Positions 39,326-53,409 of a stretch of DNA of 64,000 bases are shown piece after piece. The notes under the pieces were generated by a model. It worked only from the letters and a program-made list of their open reading frames with translations, did not search any database and was not told the origin of the DNA. The position numbers were made by a program, and so were the translations under genes. Numbering within the stretch: the stretch's first letter is position 1; every line of letters starts with the position of its first letter. Source of the stretch: Eledone cirrhosa (Eukaryota); NCBI GenBank assembly GCA_964016885.1, contig OZ024740.1, positions 384,090,001 to 384,154,000 on the forward strand. The letters run 5' to 3'.

Positions 39326-41655
39326 CAGCTGCATTTATCTTGCCTTATGTTCATACGAGTTATCACCAAGTCACAACCAGTGACCTCAAGAGACAACAAG
39401 GTCCGCCATGTTCAAGAAAGAACATACATACTCACACGTGCATCTTTAGGTGTTTAGACTGGTGATGTACTTATATTAACAGAATCTCCCTTAGTATATG
39501 GGCAGTTCCCATTAGTACTATCTTTTGTATTTCTCCTATACGCGGTTTACTGGGATTTGCGATAAGTAATATTAGACCCCTTAGGTATCATTCCTAGAGC
39601 GCCTATAACCACTGGTATTGTTTTAGTTCTCAATTTCCACATTTTTCCAATTTCTATCTCCATGTCCTTATACTGGCTCAATTTTTCAAATGTTTTTATA
39701 GATACATTTTTGTCTATTAAAACGGACATATCAATTAGCAGGCATACTCTCTTTTTAAAGTCCTTCAGTATTATATCAGGTCTATTTGCATCTATTTTTC
39801 GCTCTGTTTGGATGCTAAAGTTCAACAAGATTGAGATGTGATCTTTTTCAAGTATGGGAGGTGATTGATGCTCCCACCATTTCTTTTGATGGGGCAGGTC
39901 AAAATGCTTACACATTATCCAATGTATGTATTGTGCAGCTCTGTCATGCCTGTTTAGGTATTCGGTTGGAGCTATAGGACTGCACATTGAAATTATATGG
40001 TCAATGGTCTCTGGTTGTTTTTTGCATACACGGCACAATGGGCTGCATCCATTTTTTATTATTAGCTTGGTAATTTTTTGTTGGCAGACACTGATCTTGA
40101 TCTTGTGCTGATATAATCAGTCCTTCAGTCTCCGATTTCAGTTCAGAGGATGCCAACCACTGATGTGTTAAAGTTTTGTCAACATCAGGATTGTTAGCTC
40201 GCTCTGGTATTTTCCATACAGAGGCTTTTCTTGCCATTTCTTAGCCAGTTTCTGTAGCAGTTCTTTCTTTGCAGTTACTTTTACCTGCTTTGCTTTTTCT
40301 GTGTTTTCCATTTCAGCAGTAAATGGGACTTCTGAAATTTGTAGTCCACTACTGTATCTTTGTGCATCTTTTGTAATGGAATATGATCTTTTGATGCTTC
40401 CGTGTTTCAAAACGAGTTTGATCATCCAATCATGTGATTCCCTTAGATATGTAGATAATCCAATTATTGCAGTTTTCAACGCAATGTCTAACTGGATTAA
40501 CCCACGTCCTCCTTCTTTCCTAGAGAGATATATTCTATCTATATCTGCTTTAGGGTGATGCATTCTGTGCATGGTTAAGAATTTTCGAATTTTTGTATCG
40601 AGCCTACGGATCTCTGTGCTTGACCAGTTGATGACATTGTAACTGTAGGTTACTACTGGTATGGCAAGCGTGTTCATGGCATCAATCCTATTCCTTGCTT
40701 TCAATTCCGGTCTTAAGATTGCTCTTACTCTGCTGTAACATTCCTTCCTTATCCTTTCCCTCATTGTCGAGTGCTTGATTCCGTCTCCTTCACAAACACC
40801 TAGATATTTGTAAGTTTTTTTCTTGATCAAGTTCTCTTATCACATTCCCCCGATCAAAATTAATGTCTGAACTTTTCAGCAGTTCCCCTGGTGAACGTTG
40901 CTTTGGCGCATTTATCTAGTCCAAACTCCATTTTAATGTCATTACTGAACTGCTCCACTATAGCCCTTGCAATTGTTCATCATTTTTTGGAAATAGTTTC
41001 AGGTCATCCATGTAGAACAAGTGATTAATGGTTTTGTCATAGACTTTATATACATGTTTTGTTTCATTGAACATTTTACTTAATGGTATAAGTGCGATGC
41101 AGAATAAAAGCGGTGATAAAGAGTCACCCTGAAAAATTCCACAATTAATATTAACTTCTCTACCTTCCAGTGATTTTGTTTCACTATTCAAAAGGAGTGT
41201 CATTTTCCATGTCTTCATACTGAATTACAAAACCTCCTGACAACGGGGGATATTTTGAAAATCTCTAAACATTTTTCAATCCAACTGTGTGGCAAACTAT
41301 CGAATGCTTTTTTATAATCTATCCAAGCAATCGATAGATTTTTGTGTCTATTATGACAATCTTCCAGTATCATTTTGTTAACCAAAAGCTGATCCTTACA
41401 GCCATATGAGCCTCGTTTCCACCCTTTCTGCTCAATGGGAAATAGGTCATTTATTATCAAGTTGTCATATGTGTATTCAGTTAGGACTGATGTTAAAATT
41501 GTATACATTGGGGTCAAGCAAGTTATCGATCTGTAATTTTGGGGATTGTTTGTCTCATCATTCTTCGGAAGCAGGAATGTAATGCCGTTAACTAGCCATG
41601 ATGGTATCTTTTCTGGCTCCTTAACTATTTCATTGTAAAGTTGGAGTAACAGCGC
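39326..41655 (-). mobile_element. R4/Dong-type non-LTR fragment D (RT + CCHC + RLE)
   Basis: WIDYKKAFDS, GIFQGDSLSPLLF, YMDD, YKYLG, CRVC..ETIDHIISMC, RHD, RPDII. Frameshifted, with (ATT)n on both sides. Confidence 0.9.
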
Positions 41656-41887
41656 ATTATTATTATTATTATTATTATTGGCGACCTACTTAGTAAATCG
41701 TATCATCGTGAGCTCCGCAAAAGTTTGTTATTTCCGTTTGTTAAAAATTGTCATTTATGGTATATTTTATGGTTAACTGTTTATAAGCGCACATACATTG
41801 TTTTCCGAAAAGGACACCCAAAAAGATTGGGGCCTTGTGCCCAAAATTTTAACTTTTATTATTATCCAAAAATTTCTTTGAAAAAAA

Positions 41888-43884
41888 ATGGCTAATTCCC
41901 CTCTGCACGAAGCAGCTGAAAGCCTTCCTCACAAAATAACACCTCACACCGACAACACCATTGTAAATGTTACTACGTTTGCCAACACAAAAAAAAAAAT
42001 AAGCAGTAGCAATATTTTAAATTTGTCTCAGGCAGACATTCATTTCCCGCCATTACCAATGACTGCAGGTGTTAAAGCCTCCACCACCACCACCACCGCG
42101 ACAACCACCACCCCCACCACCACCGCGACAACAGAAACAAAAGAAGAAAAAAAATAAATTAACTCGTGATGTCGAAATGAAATCAAGCAAAATGGACTCT
42201 TCCGCACCAAAGACGAATGACGTCACCACCACCACAACTGAAACAAAAATTAAGATTAACACAAATAACGATAGCAACAACAACAACAATGACATTATAA
42301 AACCGACCCTCAGTTTCGCCATCGTAGCAAAACAATTCGAAGCGTTCACGGTAACTCAAGAAGATTTAGAAAATGCCAAACAAATGGTAAAGAAAGATGG
42401 GTACAGGGTCAGCCTCCCCCCCCCACACCTAATAAAATGGAGCATCGGCGCCTGTGCACCGTGTCGTATAGAACAATAAATGTAAAATCGCGCCGAGTGG
42501 AACGGGCATCCGAGTCCCAAATCCAAAAAGCTTTGGGACATGTGTGGGCAAGAAAAACCCACATCAGACGTGGGCAAAAGTATGGAACCGTGGATGTGTT
42601 CTTTGAAACACCAGAGGAGGCTAGAGAACACTCCATGGCCCCATTAAAAAGTGACGACCTCACACTCGTCCCAAGCTATTGTGGCCAGAGTCTCGTAAAG
42701 ATCAGGGTGACCCACGTTCCACCGGCCATCGAAATTCCCTGGCTAATAGCGGCTGTCCTCGCCGGCATCGAAGCCAACACGAAAATAATAGCAGTAGCAA
42801 AAGAAAAGCAGGAAAACTGGTCCGGATCTGGGATGGAGCTCCTGATCCAAGCGGACCAAAAAAGCATTGAGGAGATCCCAGAGGTAATAGACCTCACTGA
42901 CGGCAGCCACCTCACGGTAATTGTCGAGGGCAGAAGACCTAGGTGTGTCGTTTGTGGTGAAGGAACCAACCTAAGGGCTTTCTGCCCTCAGGCTAAAAGG
43001 TTGAGGCCACCTCTCCTACCCACCCCAGTGACACAACCATCAACACCACCAGTAGCAGAGATGGCAGCAACAACTGTAGCAGCAACAACAGAAGCAACTA
43101 TAACAGCAACAACCCCAGCAACAGTAGCAAAACCAACACCACTACCACCACCAGCAAAACCAACACCACCACCACCCAATGCTTCAGAACTAGCACCAGC
43201 GCCTACACCATCCACCACACCACAACCAAAACTAACGGCTGTGGAGGATTTTCCACTCCCCGGCCTATCACAACTGGAGACAGATTGTGACGACGAGGAG
43301 TGGGAAACGATATCCGGAAAAAAAAAAGAAACGAAAAAAGAAAAAATTCCCTTCCTTCCCCCTCCAAAAACAAAATACAGAGGGAATCAAATAAACTAAG
43401 AAACAAAAAAGTTAGGACAGATATGCGACCATCCACACCAGCATCACCAACCCCATCAACCCAAACACCAACACCATCACCATCATTAACTCCAACACCA
43501 CCATCACCTACACCACAAAAGTCACCAAAATGCGAAACAGAAACAAACCCACAACAAACGCAAACAAAACAAAACAACCAAAACGATACACACTACACAG
43601 CATTAAATTTGAACAACAAGCAATTAGTACACTACATCCAACACAACACCAGCATCACAGAAAAAGACTACACAACAACCCCAAAATTCACACCACCTCC
43701 ACACATACAAATCACTCGCATCACACAGAAAACGTACATGACACTAAAACAAAAATTCCCCAAAGACATCGGAGACTTCCGACAAGCACTCTCCAGGAGG
43801 ATTTATAAGGACATCCTTCCTGGGGAGGCCACAAGCAGTGAAAAGGATGGAAAAGCCGTCCTTCCCCTACGAGAAGTAAGGTAA
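41888..43884 (+). pseudogene. Tx1 ORF1 (zinc knuckle, Pro/Thr-rich), frameshifted
   Basis: VIVEGRRPRCVVCGEGTNLRAFCP (CX2CX4[H>N]X4C). Split across ORFs 41888, 42069, 42437 and 43300. Confidence 0.75.
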
Positions 43885-43918
43885 GTGGTCTTTCCCATCT
43901 TTTCCACTCCTTTTCAAC

Positions 43919-46900
43919 ATGACCTCACTCAGAATAGGCAGCATAAATGCGCGTGGCTTGGGGTCGTCATGGAAGCAGGGCCACCTGCTCAACGACCTCA
44001 GGTCACTAAACATAGATGTAGTGGCCATCAGCGAGACCAGAATCTCCGAAGCACAGGCTTTCGCACCCATCTTCGGCGGCTAGGATGTGTACGCATCTCC
44101 CAGCCGTCCGGGATCGGGGGGAGGAGTTGCTGTGCTTTTTCGGAGAGGTTTGGATCTTGCCATACGGGCCATCTTCCTGGACCCAGAAGGTAAGTTGGTG
44201 GTGCTGGACGTGACCAGCGGAGACGGGCAAGCTTTCAGGTTAGTGGCCGTCTATGCCCCGACAGGAGCAGGGCGGCCTGATTTCTTCCGGCGTCTGGAGA
44301 CCTTTCTTGGAACGTCCCGCTCTTTAGTGTTAGTGGGCGACTGGAACGGGATCTTAGATGCACGCTGGGATTGTGTGGGATTAGTGGATAGGGAAGGAGG
44401 GTGCAAGAGTCTCACCAACCTGCTCAGACGTTTTGAACTGTCTGACAGGTACCGAATGGATTTCCCGAATGTACCAATGTGGACTTGGACAAATCGCATA
44501 GGGTCATCCAGATCATATCTAGATAGAGTATTTTGTAGGGAAATAGATAGGTCTAGCATAGGCTGTCCACAATTCAAGATAGTCAGCTACACGGACCACA
44601 AATTCGTGATCTGTGTGCTTGACTTAGATAGGCTTCATAGACGAGGAACCGGCTACTGGAAGCTAAACGCGTCCTTACCAGCGCGCAAGGCCTACAGAGA
44701 CCGGATAAACGAACTAGTTAAGCGGGCGTTGACGGGGGCCATCGTCAACAAGAAGTGGTGGTTTGCTCTGTAAAGAGCAATTAGAATAGAGTCCATTAGG
44801 TTTAGTAAGACTTTAGCAATAGAGAAAAATAGAGCAGAGGGAGAATTAGTTAGAAAATTAGATGAGGAGCTTAGCAAAGGCATCGCGACCGACGTACTTG
44901 CGTCGAAATTGGCCCTTGACCAATTCTTCAATGCAAAGCACGAAGGCTGCGTTGTCAGAGCTAGGGTACGTGCTCTCAGACACGAGGGGACGAAAGCCGT
45001 TCAATGGGCCCGAGTGGCGGAGGCGCGTCGTGGCAACAAAGCCACGATCCGGTCTTTGGTGGACCACGACGGGCGCATGCTACTCGATCGGGGGCAAATG
45101 TGTGAAGCTTTTCAGCGACACTTCGCTCAACTGTTCGGGGGCAGTGGCGGGCCGGATCGAGGGATGGACTTTAGTGTCTACCTCGACGGACTGCCGCGGC
45201 TTTCGGCCACTGAGGCGGAGTGTTGCGAAAAGTCGATAACAGCCGCTGAAGTACGGGATGCAATGACTAGTTGCACAAGGGGTAAATCGCCTGGTTTGGA
45301 TGGTCTGCCCTATGAACTTTACGTACAAATGCCAAACTTGTTCGGAGGCCTCTTGGCGGACGTCTACTGCAACTGACAACAGAACGGGAGAATTCCCAGC
45401 TCTGTGAGCCGAGGAGCGGTGGCGCTGCTGAGAAAGGATCCGAACAAGGGGGATAACATAGATAATTTTAGGCCCATAACTCTGCTAAACACAGAGTTCA
45501 AGATTTTGGCCAAGGTGCTAGCAAAGAGGTTGGCGCTTGTCGTTGGTGGTCTGGTGGGAGAGGCACAGACATGCGCCATTCCCGACAGATCCATCCACGA
45601 CAACCTCCACCTCATGCGATACATCGTAGAGAGGGTAGCTAGGGAACCTGGCACGGGTGGGTCTTTGATCAATTTAGATCAGTCGAAAGCCTTCGATAGG
45701 GTCGACCATCGTTACCTAACGGCAGTCCTGAGGGCGGCTGGCTTTGGGCCCGTCTTCAGAGGCTGGATCGCTGCCATGCACAGCGACATCTGCTCTGTAG
45801 TGAGAGTGAACGGTCACCTTTCGGAACCGTTCAACATCATGCGCTCGGTCCGCCAAGGATGTCCCCTCTCGTCCCTATTGTACGTATTGACTCTCGAGCC
45901 ATTACTGCACAAACTGGAGACGTTGAGGGGGGTCCCGCGCGAACTAGGATGCGGAAGATCCGTGTCAGCATATGCCGACGATGTCACCGTAGTGGTGTCG
46001 AACGCCAAACACATCGAGGCGATCGGCACTACACTAAGAGAATACGAAGCGGTGACAGGAGCAATGATCAACCAGGAGAAGTCAGTGGGCCTGCAGCTCG
46101 GCACCTGGAGAGGCAGGTCCATGCCGTCCAACAGCGTCGTCAGGCGCTGGACGGACGGACCGGTTAAATTGCTAGGGGTCTGGTTCGGTCCAGACCTCCA
46201 GACGGTCAAAAACTGGGATGAGGTGACGAGCAGGGTGGCTTCTCTCACCCAGAAATGGGCCGAGAGGAAGCTATCCCTGAAAGGTCGAGCGGAGGTGGCG
46301 AATGCGTACATCGCATCCGTCATCTACTACCGCCTGACCGTCGTACCTTGTCCTAAGCCCCGCCTGACTGCGCTGGAGCGTTTGCTCTTTCGCTTCTTGT
46401 GGAAGGGACGCGCTCCGATGGTCAGGCGGTTCATCTGCTGCCAACACCCGCTACGTGGGGGGCTGGGCATGCCGTGGCTGATGATGCGCAGACACGCGCT
46501 CAGGCTACGACATCTCCACCTCTTCCTCGACGTGGGTGGGCCTGTAGCTCGGCACCGGGAGATGCAGGTTCATGCCGTCCAACAGCGACGTCGGGCGCTG
46601 GACGGATGGACCGGTTAAATTGCTAGGGGTCTGGTTCAGTCCGGACCTCCAGACGGACAACATCTGGGACGAGGTGACGAGAACGGTGGCTTCTCTCACC
46701 CAGAAATGGGCAGAGAGGAAGCTAACCCTGAAAGGCCGAGCGGAATTGGCGAATGCGTACATCACGTCCGTCATCTACTACCGCCTGACCGTCGTGCCTT
46801 GTCCAAGCCTCGCCTGACTGCGCTGGAGCGTTTGCTCTTTCACTTTATGTGGATGGGACGAGCTCCGATGGTCAGGCGGTCCATCTGCCGTCAACACCCG

Positions 46901-47770
46901 CTAGGTGGGGGGCTGGGCATGCCGTGGCTAATGATGCGCAGACACGCGCTCAGGCTACGACATCTCCACCTCTTCCTCGACGGTGATCTGGTGTGGTCGC
47001 CGTTTGCTTTGCGCGTCTTTCCCCAGCTCGTCTCCTTGATGGAGCTGCAGTCCTGGGTGAAGCGAAGACCGAGAGGGTGCGCTTGGAGACTGGAATGTCT
47101 TCAGGCGCTCACAGCCCTCGACCAATCGGGAAATGTGATCGGTGGAAACTCCACCTTGACGTTCTATTGAGGATTAGTGGAGGGGAGGAGCAATGTCATT
47201 TTGGGGAAAACTCTAGGCGTCGACGAAAATCAACTAGCCAATCTCTTCGGAAGAACTTTCGGGCCGGGGCCTATGGACAACTTCCAGAAATCCTTGGCCT
47301 GGCAGTGCTACCGAGGAGCTTTGCCAGTGCGGGATAAACTCTAGGCATAGAGGTGCCCTCAGCAGGGCATGTCTGAGATACGCGCATGGCGACGAAACCG
47401 TCCTGCATGTACTCGTCCAGTGTCCGAGCATTGCTGACTTGTGGGTTTATGTCAAACACCTGCTGTCGCGTGCAGGACGGATCCGGCTATCAGCTGAGTC
47501 CATCGTGAGGATTGCCCCGCCCTCCTCCTTTAGCCGGGAAGGGCAGGCAGTGTTTATCTCCCTGGTGATCATGGCGAAAGAGATAGTATGGTGGACGCGT
47601 TTGAAAGGGCTGAAGACGAGCACTTACCTCTTCATGATGCCCTGATTAACTTTTTCAAATTTCATTTGAAAAGGAAAATCATGGTAGAGAGGAAGTTCTC
47701 TCTTCCCAGCATTTTGTTGAAAGATGAGTGAGAGATGCAAAAATGGCCCGAGTATGTCTGTAAATTAAGG
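43919..47770 (+). pseudogene. Tx1 ORF2 (APE + RT + C-terminal Cys motif), disrupted
   Basis: LRIGSINARGL, VYAP, GDWN, SYLDR, TDH, YWKLN, KSPGLDGLPYE, DQSKAFDRVDH, VRQGCPLS, YADD, ETVLHVLVQC. Confidence 0.9.
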
Positions 47771-48016
47771 TGGAAAACTGGGAGAGGGCACTTGCCCTGG
47801 TGGTCAGGGTCACTGTGGCTTTTTTAATGGGCTTTCTCCACGAATGTCCCTCAGACGTCTCCCCCCTATTGCAGAATTGATCATTGTTTTTTTTTTTTAC
47901 ATCCTCTGATTTTTTTTTTTTTTACACGCAGAAATGCCCATTTGTACCGTCCTGTATTGTCCTGTATTGTACTTAATCTCTTACTTTGTGTAAACCCTTG
48001 TGGTTAATAAAGAAAG

Positions 48017-48068
<52 letters not shown>

Positions 48069-51000
48069 GGACGCACATGTATGAAGATACTCAAGTTTGC
48101 GGCGGAAAAGGTTCGTAACTTTAAGCTGTTTTAAAGTATCATTTTTTGTCGTTAACGAAGCATAAGGTTCCAAAGGAGGGCGATCTCTTAATATTCGGGC
48201 TTTAAGCCCGAATATTAAGATTTATATTAAAAAAACGTCGAAAAAATCGCTTCCCCACCAAAAAAAAAATATGGAAATTTTGGACCTTGAAACGTTAAAC
48301 AACGTACATGTCAAAAGTTCAAAAGCATCCACTGTCGATCTCACCACAACTATTACTGCTACAGACTTGTCTGTCGACCATTCCACTGAACGTGAGGCAA
48401 AACACAAAAAGTACACCACAACCGCTCCCTTCTGTGATAATAGCAGTATCATCGCAAAACAACATCACCACCGCCACCACCACCACCACCACCACAACAA
48501 CAACATCAACAACAACTCAGAACAACGACAATAACACCGACAGCTTCAATGTAAACACGAATGGCGGTGGCAACAGCAACAAGAAACAAAACAACAACAA
48601 CAACACCAACAACAACAGCAAGAACGACAACACCAACAACAAGAGCAACAGAGGCACCACCTTTGCTGCAGCAGTTGGCCCAGGCGTGGAGGTTAATTAA
48701 ACGGGAGAAAACCTGGGAAAACCTCACCATCCCGGAGGGGACAATAGCGGCCATGCAAAGAAGGACGGTGTACTTTCGATGCATTTCAGTGCAGACATGC
48801 AAAGTGGAACTTGCCAGCCAAGCAGAGGTCGAGGTTACTTTGGAGTGCATCGGAAGTGACTTAGAGTATAAAGCAAGGGCCAAACAGTTCGGGACCATCT
48901 CAGGTACTGTTCAAAACCGAGGCCCTTGCTATTAAGCACTCGGTGACCCCTTGTAGAAAGAAACGCATTATCATGCACCCGTCCTACATGGGAAAAATGA
49001 CAGTAATCGTCCGCATTCCCAGGATCCCACCAGGAATGAACATATGGTGGTTCCTGGGATGCGTAATCGAGGAGGGGTCAGACACTAGCCTACTGGATAT
49101 CAAAAGGACATAGAGAGAAGACTGGTCCGGAATGGATTTGGAGATTCTTCTCCAAATGAAACCAGAGGACATGAACAAAATCCCGGATTTTGCCCACCTT
49201 CAGGACGGGACAACAAACCAACTAATCACTGAGGGAAGAAGGCCAAACTGCATCGTCTGCGGGGAATCAATGCATATGTAAGCCTTCTGCCCTCAGCGCA
49301 AACATTCAGGGGGTCTCAAACCTTCTTTGATGCCATCGCCAGTGTCAACACAGAAAGCTGCACCACCACCACCAAAAACAGCACCAACAAAGACACGGAC
49401 ACCAACATCAAAAACAGCCGGACCACCACCAACACCGAAACCAATCCACGGGGAAAACGAGGAAAGCTCTCCCACTCCCCCTACCCCTCCAACTATACAC
49501 ATAGACAAAACAATAAGCGCACACACAGACAGAGACACTCACAGCCGCAGACCCTTTGTCTTCCAGCAGCGAAGATGAAAGAAAACCCAATAGTGCAAAA
49601 CAACAGAGACACTCACAAAAAAAGCCCCATCAAACATAAAAACATACACAACAAAAAATACAGACACCACTAACGCAAACACAGACATACCCGAAACAAC
49701 ACCACCAAAACCATCACCACCACAGTCATCAAAACGAAAACAAATAAAACCAGACCAACAAAATGTTAAAAGCTTCGTGCTTGTCAGAAGGGCCAACGAT
49801 AAACTGATGGCCCTCTTAGCAAGAAGCGAGGACATTCAAACACAGGGGGTGATCTTTGAAATGAGCACATTTCGCGTGCCACAAGATTTGCTTTGGGTCC
49901 GAATGTCAATCGATTCCTTCAAAGAAATTCGGGAGAGCTTTCTTCAAGACGTGGGAACCCCGAATGAGAACCCCACATCGAGACTTTTAAAGGGGTTCCC
50001 AAAAGAAATACCACCAACCATGGAGTTCGAACCACCCGACCTTCACAAAACCCCGGGAGGCAAGTAAACCTCTCCTCTCTCTTTTAGCTTGCCAACATGG
50101 CCATATTAAGAGTAGGATGTTTAAATGTTTGCGGCCTGGGGTCACCCTGGAAGCAGGGTCGCATGCTGAACGACCTCAGGTCGCTGGAAATGGCTGTGAT
50201 TGCCGTCAGCGAGACCAGAATTATCGACACGCGCGCACTAGCCCCCATTTTCGACGACTATCAGATCTTCACATATATTAGCAGGCCAGGAATGGGAGGT
50301 GGGGTGGCAGTGCTGTTTAGGAAAGGACTGGATCTCGAGGTAAGGTCGATCTTCCGGAACCCGGACGGTAAGTTGGTGGTCTTGGATGTGAGCAGTAGCG
50401 AAGGTCGTGCCTTTAGACTGCTGGCCGTCTACGCCCCTACAGGGGCCGGCCCACCGGACTTCTTTAGGCGCCTGGAGACCTTTCTGAGTAGTCTCGCCCT
50501 TTACTGTTAGCGGGGGACTGGAACGGCATCTTAGACGAACGCTGGGATTGTGTGGGAGTAGCTGATAGGAACGGGGGGTGCAAAAGCCTCAAGCACCTAA
50601 TCAGCTTGTTCCAACTGTTTGACAGGTATCGACTAGATTTCCCCAATGCGCCAGTATGGACATGGACCAACTGCATGGGGTCATCAAGATCGTATATAGA
50701 CAGGATCTTCATTAAGAAAATAGATAGAAATAGTGTAGGCTGCCCAGTTTTTAAAACGGTCGCCTATTCAGATCACACATTTGTGATCTGTATGGTTGAG
50801 CTAGATAAAACGCGTAGGTTGGGACTGGAAGCTGAACATGTCATTTCCGGCACGTAAGGCTTACAGGGACCAAGTCAACAATTTAGTTAAGCAACAGTTG
50901 ACAGGGAGGGTCATCAACAACAGATGGCGGGGGGCTCTCAAAAGAGAGATTAGAGTAACTTCGATAGAGTTCAGCAAAGAACTAGCGTTAGAGAAAAATA

Positions 51001-53398
51001 GAACGGAGGGGGAGCTGGTAGATAAGTTAGACGAGGCTATATGTAGTGTCATTGCAACAGATGTTCTAGCGGCGAGAATGGCATTGGACCATTTCTTCAA
51101 TGCGAAATACGAAGGTTGCATTGTCAGAGCTAAGGCGCGTGCGCTAAGAAACGAGGGAACCAAAGCTGTTCGATGGGCCCGCGTGGCGAAGGCGCAGAGT
51201 GGTAATAAAACCACAATTCGGTCTTTGGCGGACCGAGACGGACACGAGATAAGCGATTCCAAGCGGATGTGTGAGGCCTTTCGCCAGCGCTTTACTCGGT
51301 TGTTCGGGGAGAGTGGCGAGTCAGAGAGAGTAGCGAATTTCAGTCCCTACCTTGACAGCTTGCCGCGCATCTCGACGGTCGACGCTGAGCGCTGCGAAAG
51401 GCCGATTACTTCAGCCGAAATTCAGGACGTTCTTGTCGGCTGCATGAAGCGCAAGTCACCCGGTTTGGATGGCCTGCCTTACGAGCTTTACGTAAATATA
51501 CCACACTTTTTCTCCGAACTCCTCGAAGCACTCTACTGCAACTGGCAGCAGAATGGGAGTATTCCCAGTTCTGTGTGCAGGGGAGTGGTTACGCCGCTGA
51601 TAAAGAAAGACGAGAATAAGAGGGATACATTAGACAACTTCAGGTCCATAACTCTGCTCAACACAGAGTTTAAGATTTTGGCCAAGGTGTTAGCAAAGAG
51701 ATTAGTGCTGGTCATCGAGGATTTGGTTGGGGAGGTGCAAACTTGCGCAATCCCAGCCAGGTCCATACACGACATTCTCCACCTCATGCGATACATCATA
51801 GAGAGGGTAGTGTGTAAACCTGGCTTCGGTGGTGCACTGATCAATTTAGATCAATCAAAAGCATTCGATAGTGTCGACCATCGGTATCTGGAATGTGTCC
51901 TCAAAGCGGCTGGCTTCGGCCCTGTCTTCAGAAACTGGATCGCTGCAATGCACAGCGGCACACGCTCGGTGGTCAAGGTTAATGGACACCTCTTGGAATC
52001 ATTTCGGCTCTCCAGATCGGTCCGTCAAGGGTGCCCTCTTTCTTCCCTTCTGTACGTATTGAAACTCGAGCCTTTACTGCGAAGCTGGAGCTGTTGCAGG
52101 GCATCCCGCTCGAACCGGAACGTGGAAAGGCGGTTTCGGCTCATACGAACGACATCGGTGTCGGCTTATTGCGGACACCTGAGATAAAGGTTGACAGGAG
52201 CCATACTTAACCCGGAAAAGTCGGTGGGCTTGCAGCTCGGAATCTGGAGAGGCCAGCCTATGCCGTCCAACAGCGTCGTGGGTCGCTGGACAAACGTACC
52301 GGTAAAGTTGCTCGGGATTTGGTTCGGACCAGACCTCCAGGTGGAAAAGAATTTGGACGAGCTAACGGGCAGAATAGCCAGTCTCACCAAAAAATGGGCT
52401 GGGAGGAAGCTATCACTGAAAGGCCGGGCGGAGGTGGCGAATGCGTACATCGCGTCCGTCATCTACTACCGCCTGACCTTCGTGCCTTGCCCCCGTCCGC
52501 GATCATGGAACTTCCACTCTCGAGTTCCATAGAGGATTAATGGTGCGCAAGTGCGATGACGCATTCGGAGAAGCTTTGGGCCTCGACTAAGTCGAACTGA
52601 CCTGTCTGTACCAGAGGACTTTCGATGGACAATTTCCAGAAATCCCTCGCTTGGCAGTCCTACCGGGGGGCACTGCCGCTTCGGGATAAACTCTACAGGT
52701 ACGGAAGTGCTGTCAGACGGACTTGCCCAAGATGCGTACAGAAGGACGAAACCGTTCTGCACGCACTTGTCCAATGTCCGTGCATTACTGACTTGTGGAG
52801 TTATGTCGAACAGCCACTGTCGCGTATGGAACAAATCCGGCTATCGGCCGACTCCATAGTCTAGATCGACCCGCCGCCTTCCCTAGGTCAAGAAGAGCAG
52901 GACATTTTCCTCTGTCTGTTGGCCGTTGCGAAAGTGGTTATATGGTGATCCAGATTAAAAGGACTGAAGACGGACAATCTTCGGACAATTTTCGGACAAT
53001 CCCTCATCAACTTCAAGTTTCATCTGGACAGGAAGGTGAGGGTGGAGAGAGAAGTGCTACCCCGTCCCCCTGTACATTTGCTAAAAGGTGGAGGAATGTG
53101 GCGAGAATGCGCCTATAGGCTAGCTAACTTGAGGAGAGGGGTGCTCTCCCTGGGTGCCCTAGAAGCGCAGGGTGGTTCAGGATTGGTGAGGTACCTGAGT
53201 CACCCCAGGGTCGTCCACCCCTATCGAGAAAATTTATTATGTTATGTTTATGCATAGTTTATTTCATATTGTTTACATCTTCATTGTTAAATTAGTCTTG
53301 CCTTTGTGCAATTTTACTCGACCTTATTGTAAACCCCCGCTGTCCCTGTCTTTGTATTGTCCCTTACATGTCGGTCCTTGTGGCTAATAAATAAAATC
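48069..53398 (+). mobile_element. Tx1-type LINE copy 2 (different subfamily), degenerate
   Basis: ORF1 remnants 48271-50067 with GRRPNCIVCGESMHM*AFCP. ORF2 from 50097 is homologous to copy 1, with an internal deletion near 52495. Flanked by (ATT)n. Confidence 0.9.
50097..53130 (+). pseudogene. Tx1 ORF2 (APE + RT), disrupted
   Basis: LRVGCLNVCGL, AVSET, VYAP, SYIDR, SDH, KSPGLDGLPYE, DQSKAFD, VRQGCPLS, CPRC..ETVLHALVQC. Confidence 0.9.
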
Positions 53399-53409
53399 AT
53401 TATTATTAT

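Larger units (their letters stand above)
41680..48017 (+). mobile_element. Tx1-type (L1 superfamily) LINE copy 1, full length, degenerate
   Basis: Two-ORF layout between (ATT)n tracts. AATAAA near the 3' end. Confidence 0.9.

Noticed and set aside
44251-52462. Antisense ORFs over the Tx1, RTE and R4 coding regions
   Set aside because: Shadow ORFs with no independent motifs.
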